Assembly (NCBI GenBank): GCA_032260385.1
Contig: JAVVEL010000001.1
Span: 67,355 to 131,354 of the forward strand
Origin: Bacteroidales bacterium
Lineage (GTDB): Bacteria; Bacteroidota; Bacteroidia; Bacteroidales; VadinHA17
DNA: 64,000 nt
Direction of reading: 5' to 3'
Made by a program: the position numbers and the translations under genes. Below, piece after piece: positions 46,890 to 55,955 of the stretch (position 1 is its first letter; the number at the start of each line of letters is the position of its first letter). The notes beneath the pieces were generated by a model, which saw nothing but the letters and a program-made list of their open reading frames with translations, did not search any database and was not told the DNA's origin.

Positions 46890-47489
46890 ATGGACTGGCT
46901 TGCGGATCATTATATTGAAATATTCGGCGCTCTCACAGGTATCCTGTATGTTGTCCTGGAAATAAGGCAAAGCATATGGCTGTGGCCTGTAGGACTAATT
47001 ACATCGGGAGTATATGTCTGGGTTTTCTTTTTAAGTAAATTTTATGCTGATATGGGCCTTCAGACCTATTATGTGGTAATAAGCATATATGGATGGTACT
47101 GGTGGCTGAAGGGTGGAAGAAAGTATGATAAAGAATCGCTGCCCGTGACAAGGCTGAGTACAAAAATAGCAGCTGTTCTGTTCTTTGTCTTTATTATCCT
47201 TTTTGTGGCAATATGGTATATCCTTAGAAAGCATACCGATTCACCCCTTCCCCTGGGAGATGCTTTCACTACAGCCTTATCTGTTGTCGCAACCTGGATG
47301 CTTGCCCGCAAGATTATTGAACACTGGCTTTTATGGATCGTAGCCGACCTTGTATCAATTGGACTGTATGTCTATAAGGGACTCCATCCAACGGTGATAC
47401 TCTTCACAGTGTATACAATAATGGCTGTAATAGGCTACCGTGAATGGCAAAAGGGATTGAGACCCTTACCGCCCCGGCCTCAATCTTAG
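46890..47489 (+). CDS. pnuT: PnuC-family transporter (predicted thiamine transporter PnuT)
   Basis: 199-aa seven-TM-like protein with the PnuC patterns (W.WP.G......Y...F....YAD..LQ.YY...S.YGWY.W). It sits in the TPP-riboswitch operon with thiamine pyrophosphokinase. Confidence 0.8.
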   Translation: MDWLADHYIEIFGALTGILYVVLEIRQSIWLWPVGLITSGVYVWVFFLSKFYADMGLQTYYVVISIYGWYWWLKGGRKYDKESLPVTRLSTKIAAVLFFVFIILFVAIWYILRKHTDSPLPLGDAFTTALSVVATWMLARKIIEHWLLWIVADLVSIGLYVYKGLHPTVILFTVYTIMAVIGYREWQKGLRPLPPRPQS

Positions 47490-47557
47490 CCTCGACCTCA
47501 ATCTTAGCCTCGGCTTCAATCTTAGCCTCAATCTCAATCTCAGCCTCAGCCTCAGCC
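47478..47557. repeat. 18-bp tandem repeat (CCTCAATCTTAGCCTCGA-like) x4.4 spanning the pnuT stop codon
   Basis: cctcaatcttagcctcga / cctcaatcttagcctcgg / cttcaatcttagcctcaa / tctcaatctcagcctcag / cctcagcc. Confidence 0.9.
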
Positions 47558-47613
47558 AAATCTGTTTTCCCCGTCTATCAATTCATTAGCCCGGGGTTTC
47601 CGCTTCGTTCCAA

Positions 47614-47689
47614 CTTTTTCCTTTTTCCATATCACTTTTTCCTTTTTCCTTTTTCCTTTTATCTTTTATCTTTTATCTTTTATCTTTAT
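47614..47689. repeat. G-free pyrimidine-rich microsatellite block (CTTTTTC x5 then CTTTTAT x4-5) ending 3 nt before the thiamine pyrophosphokinase ATG
   Basis: Direct reading. There is no G in 76 nt. Confidence 0.9.
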
Positions 47690-47692
47690 GAA

Positions 47693-48310
47693 ATGTCCAA
47701 TCCGGTTATAATACTTGCCAACGGCCGTTTTCCGGCTACCGACCTGCCACTCGCTTATCTCGACAGGGCTGAACGAATTATCTGTTGCGACGGTGCCGTT
47801 GCCGGCCTTATTGACTACGGTCTTGAACCATGGGCTATAGCCGGTGACCTTGACTCTGTTCCTGCTGAACTTAAAAAGAAATATGCAGACAGGCTATACC
47901 AGTCAGACGACCAGGAAACAAATGACCTGACCAAGGCGGTGAGTTTTTGCCTTGTAAAAGGGATAACAGATGTAACAATACTGGGCGCAACAGGTCTTAG
48001 AGAAGACCATACAGTGGGGAATATTTCACTTCTGGCCGATTATGCCGAATCGCTGTCTGTGAAAATGGTAACAGATTACGGTATTATCATTCCTGTAAAA
48101 TCCGGTTCTGCGGTAAGCAGCTGGCCCGGACAGCAAATATCTGTATTTGCCATAGATAAAGGGACCAGAATCAATTCAAAAGGCTTGAAATATCCCCTGG
48201 TAGATTTGGTATTGGAGAACTGGTGGATGGGAACCCTGAATGAATGTACCGCTTACAGTTTTTCGCTTACTTTTAAAGAAGGCAGGCTACTGGTTTTCCT
48301 GAAATTCTGA
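47693..48310 (+). CDS. Thiamine pyrophosphokinase
   Basis: The ATG at 47693 gives 205 aa. Patterns are ILANG....D........A...ICCDGA...L...G..P..I.GDLDS, TNDLTKA and GATGLREDH. Confidence 0.85.
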   Translation: MSNPVIILANGRFPATDLPLAYLDRAERIICCDGAVAGLIDYGLEPWAIAGDLDSVPAELKKKYADRLYQSDDQETNDLTKAVSFCLVKGITDVTILGATGLREDHTVGNISLLADYAESLSVKMVTDYGIIIPVKSGSAVSSWPGQQISVFAIDKGTRINSKGLKYPLVDLVLENWWMGTLNECTAYSFSLTFKEGRLLVFLKF

Positions 48311-48362
48311 TATTATTACTATTTTGTGTAGACTTTGGTAAAGTAACTAAGCATAAAAGACA

Positions 48363-48653
48363 ATGAAGCTCTTAAAAAAAATTATACTACTAATCATACT
48401 TTTGATTATAGTAATATTTGCCGCGCAGAATTTTGCGGCTGTTACCATACGTTTCCTTAAGTGGAGTATTGAACTGCCAATAGCTGTAACCCTGCTGGGA
48501 ATTTATGCGCTGGGAGCCATAACGGGGGGACTCGTTTTGTCGGCTTTTAAAAAGGTTGTTTCAATGGATACTGCTTCTAAAGAAAGTACCGCGAAGAAGG
48601 ACAATTCACCCAGTGATTCCCGGAAGGGAAGCGCTGACAGTCTTGATAAATAA
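48363..48653 (+). CDS. LapA-domain (DUF1049) small membrane protein
   Basis: Two TM helices with the FAAQN....V.F.....W..ELP pattern and a hydrophilic tail, in 96 aa. Confidence 0.6.
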   Translation: MKLLKKIILLIILLIIVIFAAQNFAAVTIRFLKWSIELPIAVTLLGIYALGAITGGLVLSAFKKVVSMDTASKESTAKKDNSPSDSRKGSADSLDK

Positions 48654-48702
48654 GAAGCCGGGAAATTACAGAAGCCTATTATTCCTCCGCCAGCATTTTT
48701 TT

Positions 48703-48820
48703 GAATTCTGAATTCATCATTCTGCATTCTGCAGACCTCATTCTGCCTTTTTCATTCATCATTCTTTATTCTGCAGACTTCATTCTGCCAATTTCATTCA
48801 TCATTCTTTATTCTGCAAAT
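48703..48820. repeat. Tandem duplication of about 42 bp (2 full copies plus 1 partial) built from ATTCTGC/TTCATTCAT sub-repeats. The last copy contains the stop codon and final codons of the M20 gene.
   Basis: The copies at 48738-48779 and 48780-48820 differ at about 5 positions. An upstream partial copy lies at 48703-48737. Confidence 0.85.
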
Positions 48821-50133
48821 AAGTCAATCATGGTCCTGGTCATTGCTGCCACACCTCCCCTGAAAGTAGGGTAGAAGTCGGGGTAAAAGGCCGCATTGTG
48901 CAGGCCCGGCAGTGGAGTGCCTTTCCCGATATGGTCCAGGTATTTATTATATTCAACACCGCCCAGCCAGAAGAGTGCTATTGGTACCTGCTCTTCTGTG
49001 CGGCCATACCTCCCAAAATCTTCTCCTACGGTATTTGGATTTACCTTAAACATGTTTTCCTTGCCAAGCATTCCTTCCATTGATATTATAGCCCTTTCCA
49101 CAAGATCAGGATCATTGGCAACGGGCGGTGTCAATCCTTCAAGAGGAATGACTTCCGGCATTTTGTCATCAGGAAGACCTGCAGAAAGTGCAATACCTCT
49201 GGTAATGCGTTCAAGGCCCTCAATTATTTGCTCATAAATTTTGTCATTAAAGAATCTTACGGTAAGTTGCAGTTTAACCATGTCAGGAATAACATTATGT
49301 TTACTGCCGCCATGAATTGACCCGACTGTTACCACAGCCGGCTGGAAAGGCTCAATCTCCCTGCTGACAATTGTCTGTATGGCCAGCACTATGCGTGAGG
49401 CCAGCACCACAGGGTCAATTGTGGTATGTGGCATCGCTCCATGACCTCCATAGCCATATACATTAATATCAACTGAACTTACACCTCCGAAAATGGATCC
49501 CGGGTGGTAGCCTATAGATCCTGCCGGCAGCTCTGGATTAACATGATAGGCCAGGGAATAATCTGGTGTGGGAAATTCTTGGAATATACCGGCTTCGATC
49601 AGCCTGTTGGCACCGGCACTGATCTCTTCAGCCTGCTGTGCAATGGCAATGATGGTTCCTGACCATTGCTTTTTCAGTTCTGCCATGGTCTTTAGTGTGC
49701 CCAGCCACAGAGTCATATGCATGTCATGACCACAGGCATGCATGGCAGGGACCATATTCCCGTCAGCATCTTCCTTTACAATCCTGCTGGCATATGGCAG
49801 GCCTGTTTCTTCCCTTATTGGCAGGGCATCCATATCCGTACGAAGCATAATGACAGGGCCTTTCCGATTTTCCATCACTCCGACAAGATTGTTGCCGCTA
49901 AAATTACGACTCACTTCGAAGCCCATATCTTGCAGATGCTCAGCCATTTTTTCCGATGTTTCAAATTCCATCAGGGATAGTTCAGGATGAATATGAAGAT
50001 ATTTGTACGTTTCATAATGTTCTTCTTCGATGCTTGTGATTATGGATTCAATCTGGGTTTTCAACTTATCCTGTGCCATGATATTAAAGCTGAAAAAAAT
50101 GCATAGAAAAACTTGCAGAAATATTTTTTTCAT
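48808..50133 (-). CDS. M20D family amidohydrolase (hippurate hydrolase/aminoacylase-like), secreted
   Basis: Signal peptide, metal-binding HACGHDMH and the overall M20 pattern (GGHGAMPH, EDF), in 441 aa. Confidence 0.85.
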   Translation of the reverse strand: MKKIFLQVFLCIFFSFNIMAQDKLKTQIESIITSIEEEHYETYKYLHIHPELSLMEFETSEKMAEHLQDMGFEVSRNFSGNNLVGVMENRKGPVIMLRTDMDALPIREETGLPYASRIVKEDADGNMVPAMHACGHDMHMTLWLGTLKTMAELKKQWSGTIIAIAQQAEEISAGANRLIEAGIFQEFPTPDYSLAYHVNPELPAGSIGYHPGSIFGGVSSVDINVYGYGGHGAMPHTTIDPVVLASRIVLAIQTIVSREIEPFQPAVVTVGSIHGGSKHNVIPDMVKLQLTVRFFNDKIYEQIIEGLERITRGIALSAGLPDDKMPEVIPLEGLTPPVANDPDLVERAIISMEGMLGKENMFKVNPNTVGEDFGRYGRTEEQVPIALFWLGGVEYNKYLDHIGKGTPLPGLHNAAFYPDFYPTFRGGVAAMTRTMIDLFAE

Positions 50134-50315
50134 TGTAAAAAGTTTGCTGATAAGAGTAAAGATAAATAAAAAATGTGAGCCTTTACACTAAAATCCTCAT
50201 CAGCCGAAGGCTCCGGTATTTTTGCAAAGTCCTCTTAATTTGGGTAACTTTATGCTTTATACCGCTTTGACAATTTTAAGCAGGGTGATTAATAACAATA
50301 AAGGATGAAATAATA

Positions 50316-51383
50316 ATGAATGAATTATTGAAAAAGGTTAAAGATATTTATAAAGATGCTTGTGTTACAATAATACTTAATACTCACAGGACTCAGCCGG
50401 ATAATAAAAAGGATCCTATAGTACTTAAGAACCTGATAGGTGAAGCAGAGAAGAAACTGTACAGATCCTATGACAAACGTTTAGTATGGTCTGTAATGGA
50501 AAAAATAAATAATGCTGCCGGAAAGATTGATCACGATAAGAACCTGGAAAGCCTTATTCTGTTTGCAAATCAGGATTTTGCTGAGTATACCCGCCTGGCA
50601 GTAAAGGTGGAAGACAGGGTCACTGTTGACAATAACTTTGCAACCCGCGACCTTATAAGGGCTTTACGGCAGGAATCATCATACTATGTTCTGGTATTAA
50701 GTCGTCAGAAAGCCAGGTTGATAGAAGCTTTCAATGATAAAGTAGTGGAAGAGAAAGGCGGGGTGTTTCCAATTGAAGATTATCTGTATACAACAGATAA
50801 AAAGAAGTTGGACACTAATAAGGGCCATGATAATCTGATAGAAGAATTCTTTAACCGGGTTGATAAAGTAGTGCTGGAAACAATTAAAAATAATTCTTTA
50901 CCCCTTGTCATTGCTACTGAAAAAAGGAACTATGACCACTACCTCAAAATAGCTGACAAAAAAGATCTGATAATAGGATATATAAGCAGAAACAGGGATG
51001 ATGAACCGGCCCATGATATAGTGAATGAAGCCTGGAAAGAGGTTCTTGAAATTATAAAAGATAGGAATAGAGACAGGATTAATGAATTGCACCTTGCCCG
51101 GGGCCACAATAAATTATTATCAGAATATAATGAAATATGGGAAGCAATTACGGAAGGAAGAGGAAAGACACTCTTTGTAAGAAAAGGATTTTACCAGCCT
51201 GCTTTTCTAAAAGGAGATGAGATTGTGCTGGCAGATAAGAGCGAAAAACACGGGGAGGGTGTCGTAGATGATATTATTGACGAAATGATAGAACAGAACC
51301 TGTCTCTTGGAGGAGACACTGTATTTCTTGAAGGAAATGAAATAGAGGGATTTCCTAACCTTGCTCTCATTACCAGGTATTAA
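50316..51383 (+). CDS. Hypothetical protein with eRF1-like (baeRF-family-like) sequence pattern
   Basis: The N-terminus ...CVTIILNTHRTQPDNKKDPIVLKNLIGEAEKKL..., then ...LILFANQDFAEY... and ...YYVLVLSRQKARLIEAF... follow the pattern I associate with bacterial archaeo-eukaryotic release-factor-like families. The gene is visibly more AT-rich than its neighbours. Confidence 0.45.
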   Translation: MNELLKKVKDIYKDACVTIILNTHRTQPDNKKDPIVLKNLIGEAEKKLYRSYDKRLVWSVMEKINNAAGKIDHDKNLESLILFANQDFAEYTRLAVKVEDRVTVDNNFATRDLIRALRQESSYYVLVLSRQKARLIEAFNDKVVEEKGGVFPIEDYLYTTDKKKLDTNKGHDNLIEEFFNRVDKVVLETIKNNSLPLVIATEKRNYDHYLKIADKKDLIIGYISRNRDDEPAHDIVNEAWKEVLEIIKDRNRDRINELHLARGHNKLLSEYNEIWEAITEGRGKTLFVRKGFYQPAFLKGDEIVLADKSEKHGEGVVDDIIDEMIEQNLSLGGDTVFLEGNEIEGFPNLALITRY

Positions 51384-51465
51384 AAAATCAACGTTATTCA
51401 GACATGGTCAGGGTACCCTGCTCTGCCTTACGAAGCTTAAGCAAAGCAGGGCTCACTGCCTTTGG

Positions 51466-52677
51466 CTACCGGTAAAGGTAGAGAAAGCCCCTGAACTCTT
51501 TCCCTTCGTAGACTACATCATCCCATCCCCTGGCACGTATGGTATAGAAATAGACACCCGGGCTGGCTTTGCTGCTGCCAATGGTGCCATCCCATCCCTG
51601 CCAGTCTTTAAGAGCATCACCAAGGCCTTCAAAGACATACACCCTCTGGCCGTTCCTGCTGAAGACCTGGAGGAATATGCTTTTCAGTGATTTATTATCA
51701 ACGTAAAAGAAATCATTAATACCATCGCCATCGGGAGTGAAAACATTTGGGATATTGAGTGATGAGGGTTCAACAATAAGCTTTATGCTGGATGAATCCC
51801 TGCAAAACTTGTCACTTTCAATAAAGAGCCTCAGGGTGTAGTTGCCCGGTATATAATAAGTATGAGAAAAAGGATCGGCAAGGTAGGAAATGGAATCATC
51901 CCCGAATTCCCACCTGTAGGTACTTGCGCGTACCGAATTATCTGTAATGAGTACCTCTAGTGGAGCTTCTCCCTGGGTGGGGTCTATTTCAAAATCTGCC
52001 TTCACATGAATTGATTCATAGAAAAAAGATGAATCAGCTGCACACCCAAAGCTGTCAACAACATGGAGGTTGTACCAGACATCCTCAAGAGGTGGATTAA
52101 AAGTCTGGGGATTAATTTCAATTTCGGGGAAAGGAATCGAAGACTCAGGTTCTGACGACCATCTGAACCTGTAATCGTTGGGAAGCATTATTGGAGTCCC
52201 GTTATTGAGATCAGCATAATAAAAAGTGTCAATGGCTGCAAATCCTGAGAGGGCCACATAATTACATTTGAAGTCTCTCAGGCTTGCACTTGACCGGGGC
52301 CTGTCAAGGTGTACCCACGCAGTGAGTGCAGTACTGTAACCTGTGCCATCCGATATTTCAACCCTGTAGCCCCCTTCAGAAAGTCCGGAAATCTCTGATG
52401 ATAATACATCATTGTGCTGGGCAACCGGGATGGAAAAAGCGGAAACTGACTCATCCCATTTCGTCCATACAAAATCAAAGGGAGCGGAACCTCCGGGACT
52501 GTCGGCAACAAGATGTCCCGTCGTATTCCCAAGGTAATTGCAGAAAATAAACACAGGGTCATTGTTGCCGGTTGATATATAATTGGTGTACCTTGTCGCG
52601 CCGGAGCCGGGTGCCGTTATCTGGGCATTGGCAGTCAGTGTAAGGGCCAGGAATATTATAAGAATACGGAATCTCAC
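51466..52677 (-). CDS. T9SS type-B C-terminal sorting domain protein with Ig/PKD-like repeats
   Basis: Signal peptide and the C-terminal motif IPNVFTPDGDGINDFFYV...GVYFY (gliding-motility-associated CTD). Confidence 0.85.
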   Translation of the reverse strand: MRFRILIIFLALTLTANAQITAPGSGATRYTNYISTGNNDPVFIFCNYLGNTTGHLVADSPGGSAPFDFVWTKWDESVSAFSIPVAQHNDVLSSEISGLSEGGYRVEISDGTGYSTALTAWVHLDRPRSSASLRDFKCNYVALSGFAAIDTFYYADLNNGTPIMLPNDYRFRWSSEPESSIPFPEIEINPQTFNPPLEDVWYNLHVVDSFGCAADSSFFYESIHVKADFEIDPTQGEAPLEVLITDNSVRASTYRWEFGDDSISYLADPFSHTYYIPGNYTLRLFIESDKFCRDSSSIKLIVEPSSLNIPNVFTPDGDGINDFFYVDNKSLKSIFLQVFSRNGQRVYVFEGLGDALKDWQGWDGTIGSSKASPGVYFYTIRARGWDDVVYEGKEFRGFLYLYR

Positions 52678-52885
52678 TCTTTTTATGCTGATTAGTCAGA
52701 AAAATAACGATCAGGGGTCTGATTTGGTATATTAATGTGCAAGTATAATAAATGTGCTTCGCCTTTGCAAGAGATGATTTACCTGTTTAATGTTGATAAC
52801 TTGGCAGACTAATACAGCTTGGAGCTAAACTTATTATGATCACTTTTAGTACCTTTGTGCTCACCTTAAATATGGATTTATTTCG

Positions 52886-55195
52886 ATGGCAGCCAGTTAT
52901 CTCAATGAATTAAATGAGGCACAAAAAAAAGCGGTAGTAAATACCGAAGGGCCTTCACTTGTTATTGCCGGAGCAGGATCAGGTAAGACCAGGGTGCTTA
53001 CTTACCGTATAGCACACCTCCTCCAGCAGGGCGTCCCCGCTCATTCAGTCCTGGCCCTTACCTTCACGAATAAGGCTGCCGGGGAGATGAAGGAAAGGAT
53101 AATCAGTATAGCCGGTTATGATAACAGCAAATACCTTTGGATGGGGACTTTCCATAGCATATTTGCCAGAATACTCAGAAACGAAGCAGATAAACTTGGA
53201 TATCCGGCTTCCTATACCATCTACGATTCTACCGACACCAGGAGTCTTATCAGGGCAATTATCAGGGAAATGGGACTCGATGATAAGGTATACAAGCCTT
53301 CGTCCGTCGCGGCAAGAATATCAGCTGCCAAGAATAACCTTATAAACGCAAGGAAATATGCATCAAACGGGTCAATAATAGAAAGAGACCGTATGGCTAA
53401 AGTGCCAATGCTGTCAGAAATATATCTCAGATATGCCGGAAGATGCTATAAGTCGGGGGCAATGGATTTTGACGACCTGCTGATGAATACGAATATCCTC
53501 TTCAGGGATTTTCCGGAGATCCTGGCAAAATACCAGGCAAGGTTTAACTATATTCTTGTTGACGAATACCAGGATACTAATTATGCTCAGTATTTAATTA
53601 TTAAAGCCCTGTCTGAGAAACACAGAAACCTCTGCGTTGTGGGCGATGATGCCCAGAGTATCTATTCTTTCAGGGGTGCACGTATTGAAAATATCCTCAA
53701 TTTCAGAAATGACTATCCCGATTATGCCCTTTTTAAGCTTGAAAGAAATTACAGGTCGACCAAAACAATTGTCAATGCAGCCAACAGTATTATCCGCCAC
53801 AATAAGGGCCAGATAAGCAAAACTGTTTATTCGGAGAACATCCAGGGTAACAGGCTCAGGATAATGCAATCAATGACCGATGGTGAGGAAGGGTTCAGGA
53901 TAGCTTCAGATATTTTCGACCGCAGCATATCGGAGCAGGTTAAATGGGAAGAATTTGCCGTGCTTTACCGAACAAATGCTCAATCTAGAATTTTCGAAGA
54001 AACCTTCAGGAAGAAGAATATACCATATAAAATATACGGTGGATTATCTTTTTATGAAAGGAAGGAAATAAAGGACATACTGGCCTATCTCAGGATGATA
54101 ATCAACCCGAGCGATGAAGAAGCCCTCAAACGTACCATTAACTACCCGAAAAGGGGAATAGGAAAAACAACCGTTGACAGGATTTTCGAAGCTGCTGCAG
54201 ATAAGGAACATACTGCCTGGGAAATTATATCCGGACAGCCAGCCTACCAGTCGCTCCTGACTCAGTCAACATGGAAACGCATAAGGGTGTACACTGAGCT
54301 TATAACTTCCCTTGCTTCAGAGTGTTCAGGTATAAATGCCTATGATGCAGCTATAAGGACGGCCACGGCAACAGGTATTATGAAGGAGCTAAAAGAAGGA
54401 GAAACACCTGAAGAGGTAAGCAGGTATGAAAACCTCCAGGAATTGCTGAATGCTATCAGGGAGTTTACGGATGAGGCTGAGACCAACGGTGAACCCAGCG
54501 GGCTTGCATCATACCTCGAATCGGTGGCCCTCCTTACCGACCGCGACACTGAAAAAGAAGAGGACAGGAATAAAGTTACTCTTATGACGATGCACTCGGC
54601 TAAAGGATTGGAATTTAAGCATATATATCTGGCAGGACTCGAAGAAAACCTTTTTCCTTCGGTAATGTCCCTGTCAGAAAACACCGGGCTGGAAGAGGAG
54701 AGGCGACTGTTTTATGTTGCCATAACAAGAGCAAAGGAAGAGGCAACGCTCAGCTATGCTCTGAACCGTTATAAATGGGGTAAACTCGAGAATTGTAAAC
54801 CCAGCAGGTTCCTGGCAGAGATTGATGAGGATTACCTTGAGTACCCTGACAACAGGACGAAAAATGCAAGGATCAATTCAGACAGGGCTAAGAGATATCC
54901 TGACCGCGGACAGGGTGACCTGAGCGACAGGAAAACCGGATATGGAACTTTTCCCGGCAGGAAACTGAAAAGAGTAGGTTCCGCAGCAGGGTTTAACACT
55001 GACCACCATCAGCCTGCTGCCGAGTCAGAGCTTAAGGAAGGCTCAATAGTGTACCACGACCGTTTCGGAAGGGGTATAATAATATCAATTGACGGTGAAG
55101 CCCCCAATACAACTGCCCTGGTCGATTTTGATGATTCAGGTGAAAAAAAATTGCTGCTCAGATTTGCAAAACTGAAAAGCGCCACTGCACGGTAG
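52886..55195 (+). CDS. ATP-dependent DNA helicase, UvrD/PcrA/Rep family
   Basis: Helicase motifs: GAGSGKT (I), VDEYQDTN (II), RNYRS, and YR.N.QSR. The C-terminal extension is typical of PcrA/UvrD. Length is 769 aa. Confidence 0.92.
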   Translation: MAASYLNELNEAQKKAVVNTEGPSLVIAGAGSGKTRVLTYRIAHLLQQGVPAHSVLALTFTNKAAGEMKERIISIAGYDNSKYLWMGTFHSIFARILRNEADKLGYPASYTIYDSTDTRSLIRAIIREMGLDDKVYKPSSVAARISAAKNNLINARKYASNGSIIERDRMAKVPMLSEIYLRYAGRCYKSGAMDFDDLLMNTNILFRDFPEILAKYQARFNYILVDEYQDTNYAQYLIIKALSEKHRNLCVVGDDAQSIYSFRGARIENILNFRNDYPDYALFKLERNYRSTKTIVNAANSIIRHNKGQISKTVYSENIQGNRLRIMQSMTDGEEGFRIASDIFDRSISEQVKWEEFAVLYRTNAQSRIFEETFRKKNIPYKIYGGLSFYERKEIKDILAYLRMIINPSDEEALKRTINYPKRGIGKTTVDRIFEAAADKEHTAWEIISGQPAYQSLLTQSTWKRIRVYTELITSLASECSGINAYDAAIRTATATGIMKELKEGETPEEVSRYENLQELLNAIREFTDEAETNGEPSGLASYLESVALLTDRDTEKEEDRNKVTLMTMHSAKGLEFKHIYLAGLEENLFPSVMSLSENTGLEEERRLFYVAITRAKEEATLSYALNRYKWGKLENCKPSRFLAEIDEDYLEYPDNRTKNARINSDRAKRYPDRGQGDLSDRKTGYGTFPGRKLKRVGSAAGFNTDHHQPAAESELKEGSIVYHDRFGRGIIISIDGEAPNTTALVDFDDSGEKKLLLRFAKLKSATAR

Positions 55196-55276
55196 AATCC
55201 TTATCCTCATCCTGGTTATATCCAGCTTACCGGTCAGAAAAGGCCATTCACCGATTTTAATAGTAATTTAACATTT

Positions 55277-55329
55277 AAAACTTTGGGAACTGAAAAAGTT
55301 TTCTCATTATTGCACCTTCAATTTGCAAT
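55277..55329. promoter_or_regulatory. Two inverted repeats upstream of the TetR gene (candidate operators)
   Basis: AAAACTTT-N10-AAAGTTTT (55277-55302) and ATTGCA-N9-TGCAAT (55309-55329). The latter ends 2 nt before the ATG. Confidence 0.3.
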
Positions 55330-55331
55330 AG

Positions 55332-55955
55332 ATGGATTACAGGGAGAGAATTACGCAGGATGCAGCAGTTTTATTCATGAAATATGGAATAAGAGCGGTT
55401 ACAATGGACTCAATAGCAAATCAGCTGGGTATGTCCAAAAGGACTATATATGAGCATTTTGCCGACAAGGACGAATTATTGACAAGCGTAATGGACAGCA
55501 TGGCGGCAAGGCAGAAAGATGTTTTCGGGAAGATAATGGATGAGGCAGACAATGTGATTGAAGCTTTGTTTGAGATATTGCGTATTGCTTCCGTTCATTT
55601 CAATAATACAAATCCTACTTTTTTTATGGATCTCAACAAATATCATCACAATGTATATGAAAAAATATGCCAGAAAGGTGATATAAAGAATTATGAGATG
55701 TCCCTTTCAATGCTGCGCCGGGGGATTGAGGAAAAATTATTCAGGAATGATATAAATATTGATATCGTAAATATCGGGATTCACAGTGCCCTTGACATTA
55801 CCCGGGAAAATGAAGAATTTTCTACGGGTAAGTATTCAAGGTTTGAGATAATAGATAACCTCCTTTTCAATTACCTTATTGGTATTTCAACTTCAGAAGG
55901 ACAGAAGCTTATTAATAAATATAAAGAACAGAAAAAACTTGAACTAAATGTATAG
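55332..55955 (+). CDS. TetR/AcrR family transcriptional regulator
   Basis: N-terminal HTH (...A..LFMKYGIRAVTMDSIANQLGMSKRTIYEHF.DK.EL) in 207 aa, upstream of the efflux operon. Confidence 0.88.
   Translation: MDYRERITQDAAVLFMKYGIRAVTMDSIANQLGMSKRTIYEHFADKDELLTSVMDSMAARQKDVFGKIMDEADNVIEALFEILRIASVHFNNTNPTFFMDLNKYHHNVYEKICQKGDIKNYEMSLSMLRRGIEEKLFRNDINIDIVNIGIHSALDITRENEEFSTGKYSRFEIIDNLLFNYLIGISTSEGQKLINKYKEQKKLELNV

Noticed and set aside
47444-47692. N-terminal 83-aa extension of the thiamine pyrophosphokinase ORF (track ORF 47444..48310)
   Set aside because: The extension overlaps the pnuT 3' end. It consists of translated 18-bp and heptamer DNA repeats (ASILAS..., FFLFPF...). The conserved kinase sequence begins at the ATG at 47693.
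50195-50216. CUGAUGAG on the minus strand suggested a hammerhead ribozyme core
   Set aside because: No stem II, GAAA element or stem III can be formed from the adjacent sequence. The local hairpin is only 3 bp.
51361-51690. 109-aa plus-strand ORF following the baeRF-like gene
   Set aside because: It is mostly antisense to the well-supported T9SS C-terminal-domain gene and has no start context or family resemblance.
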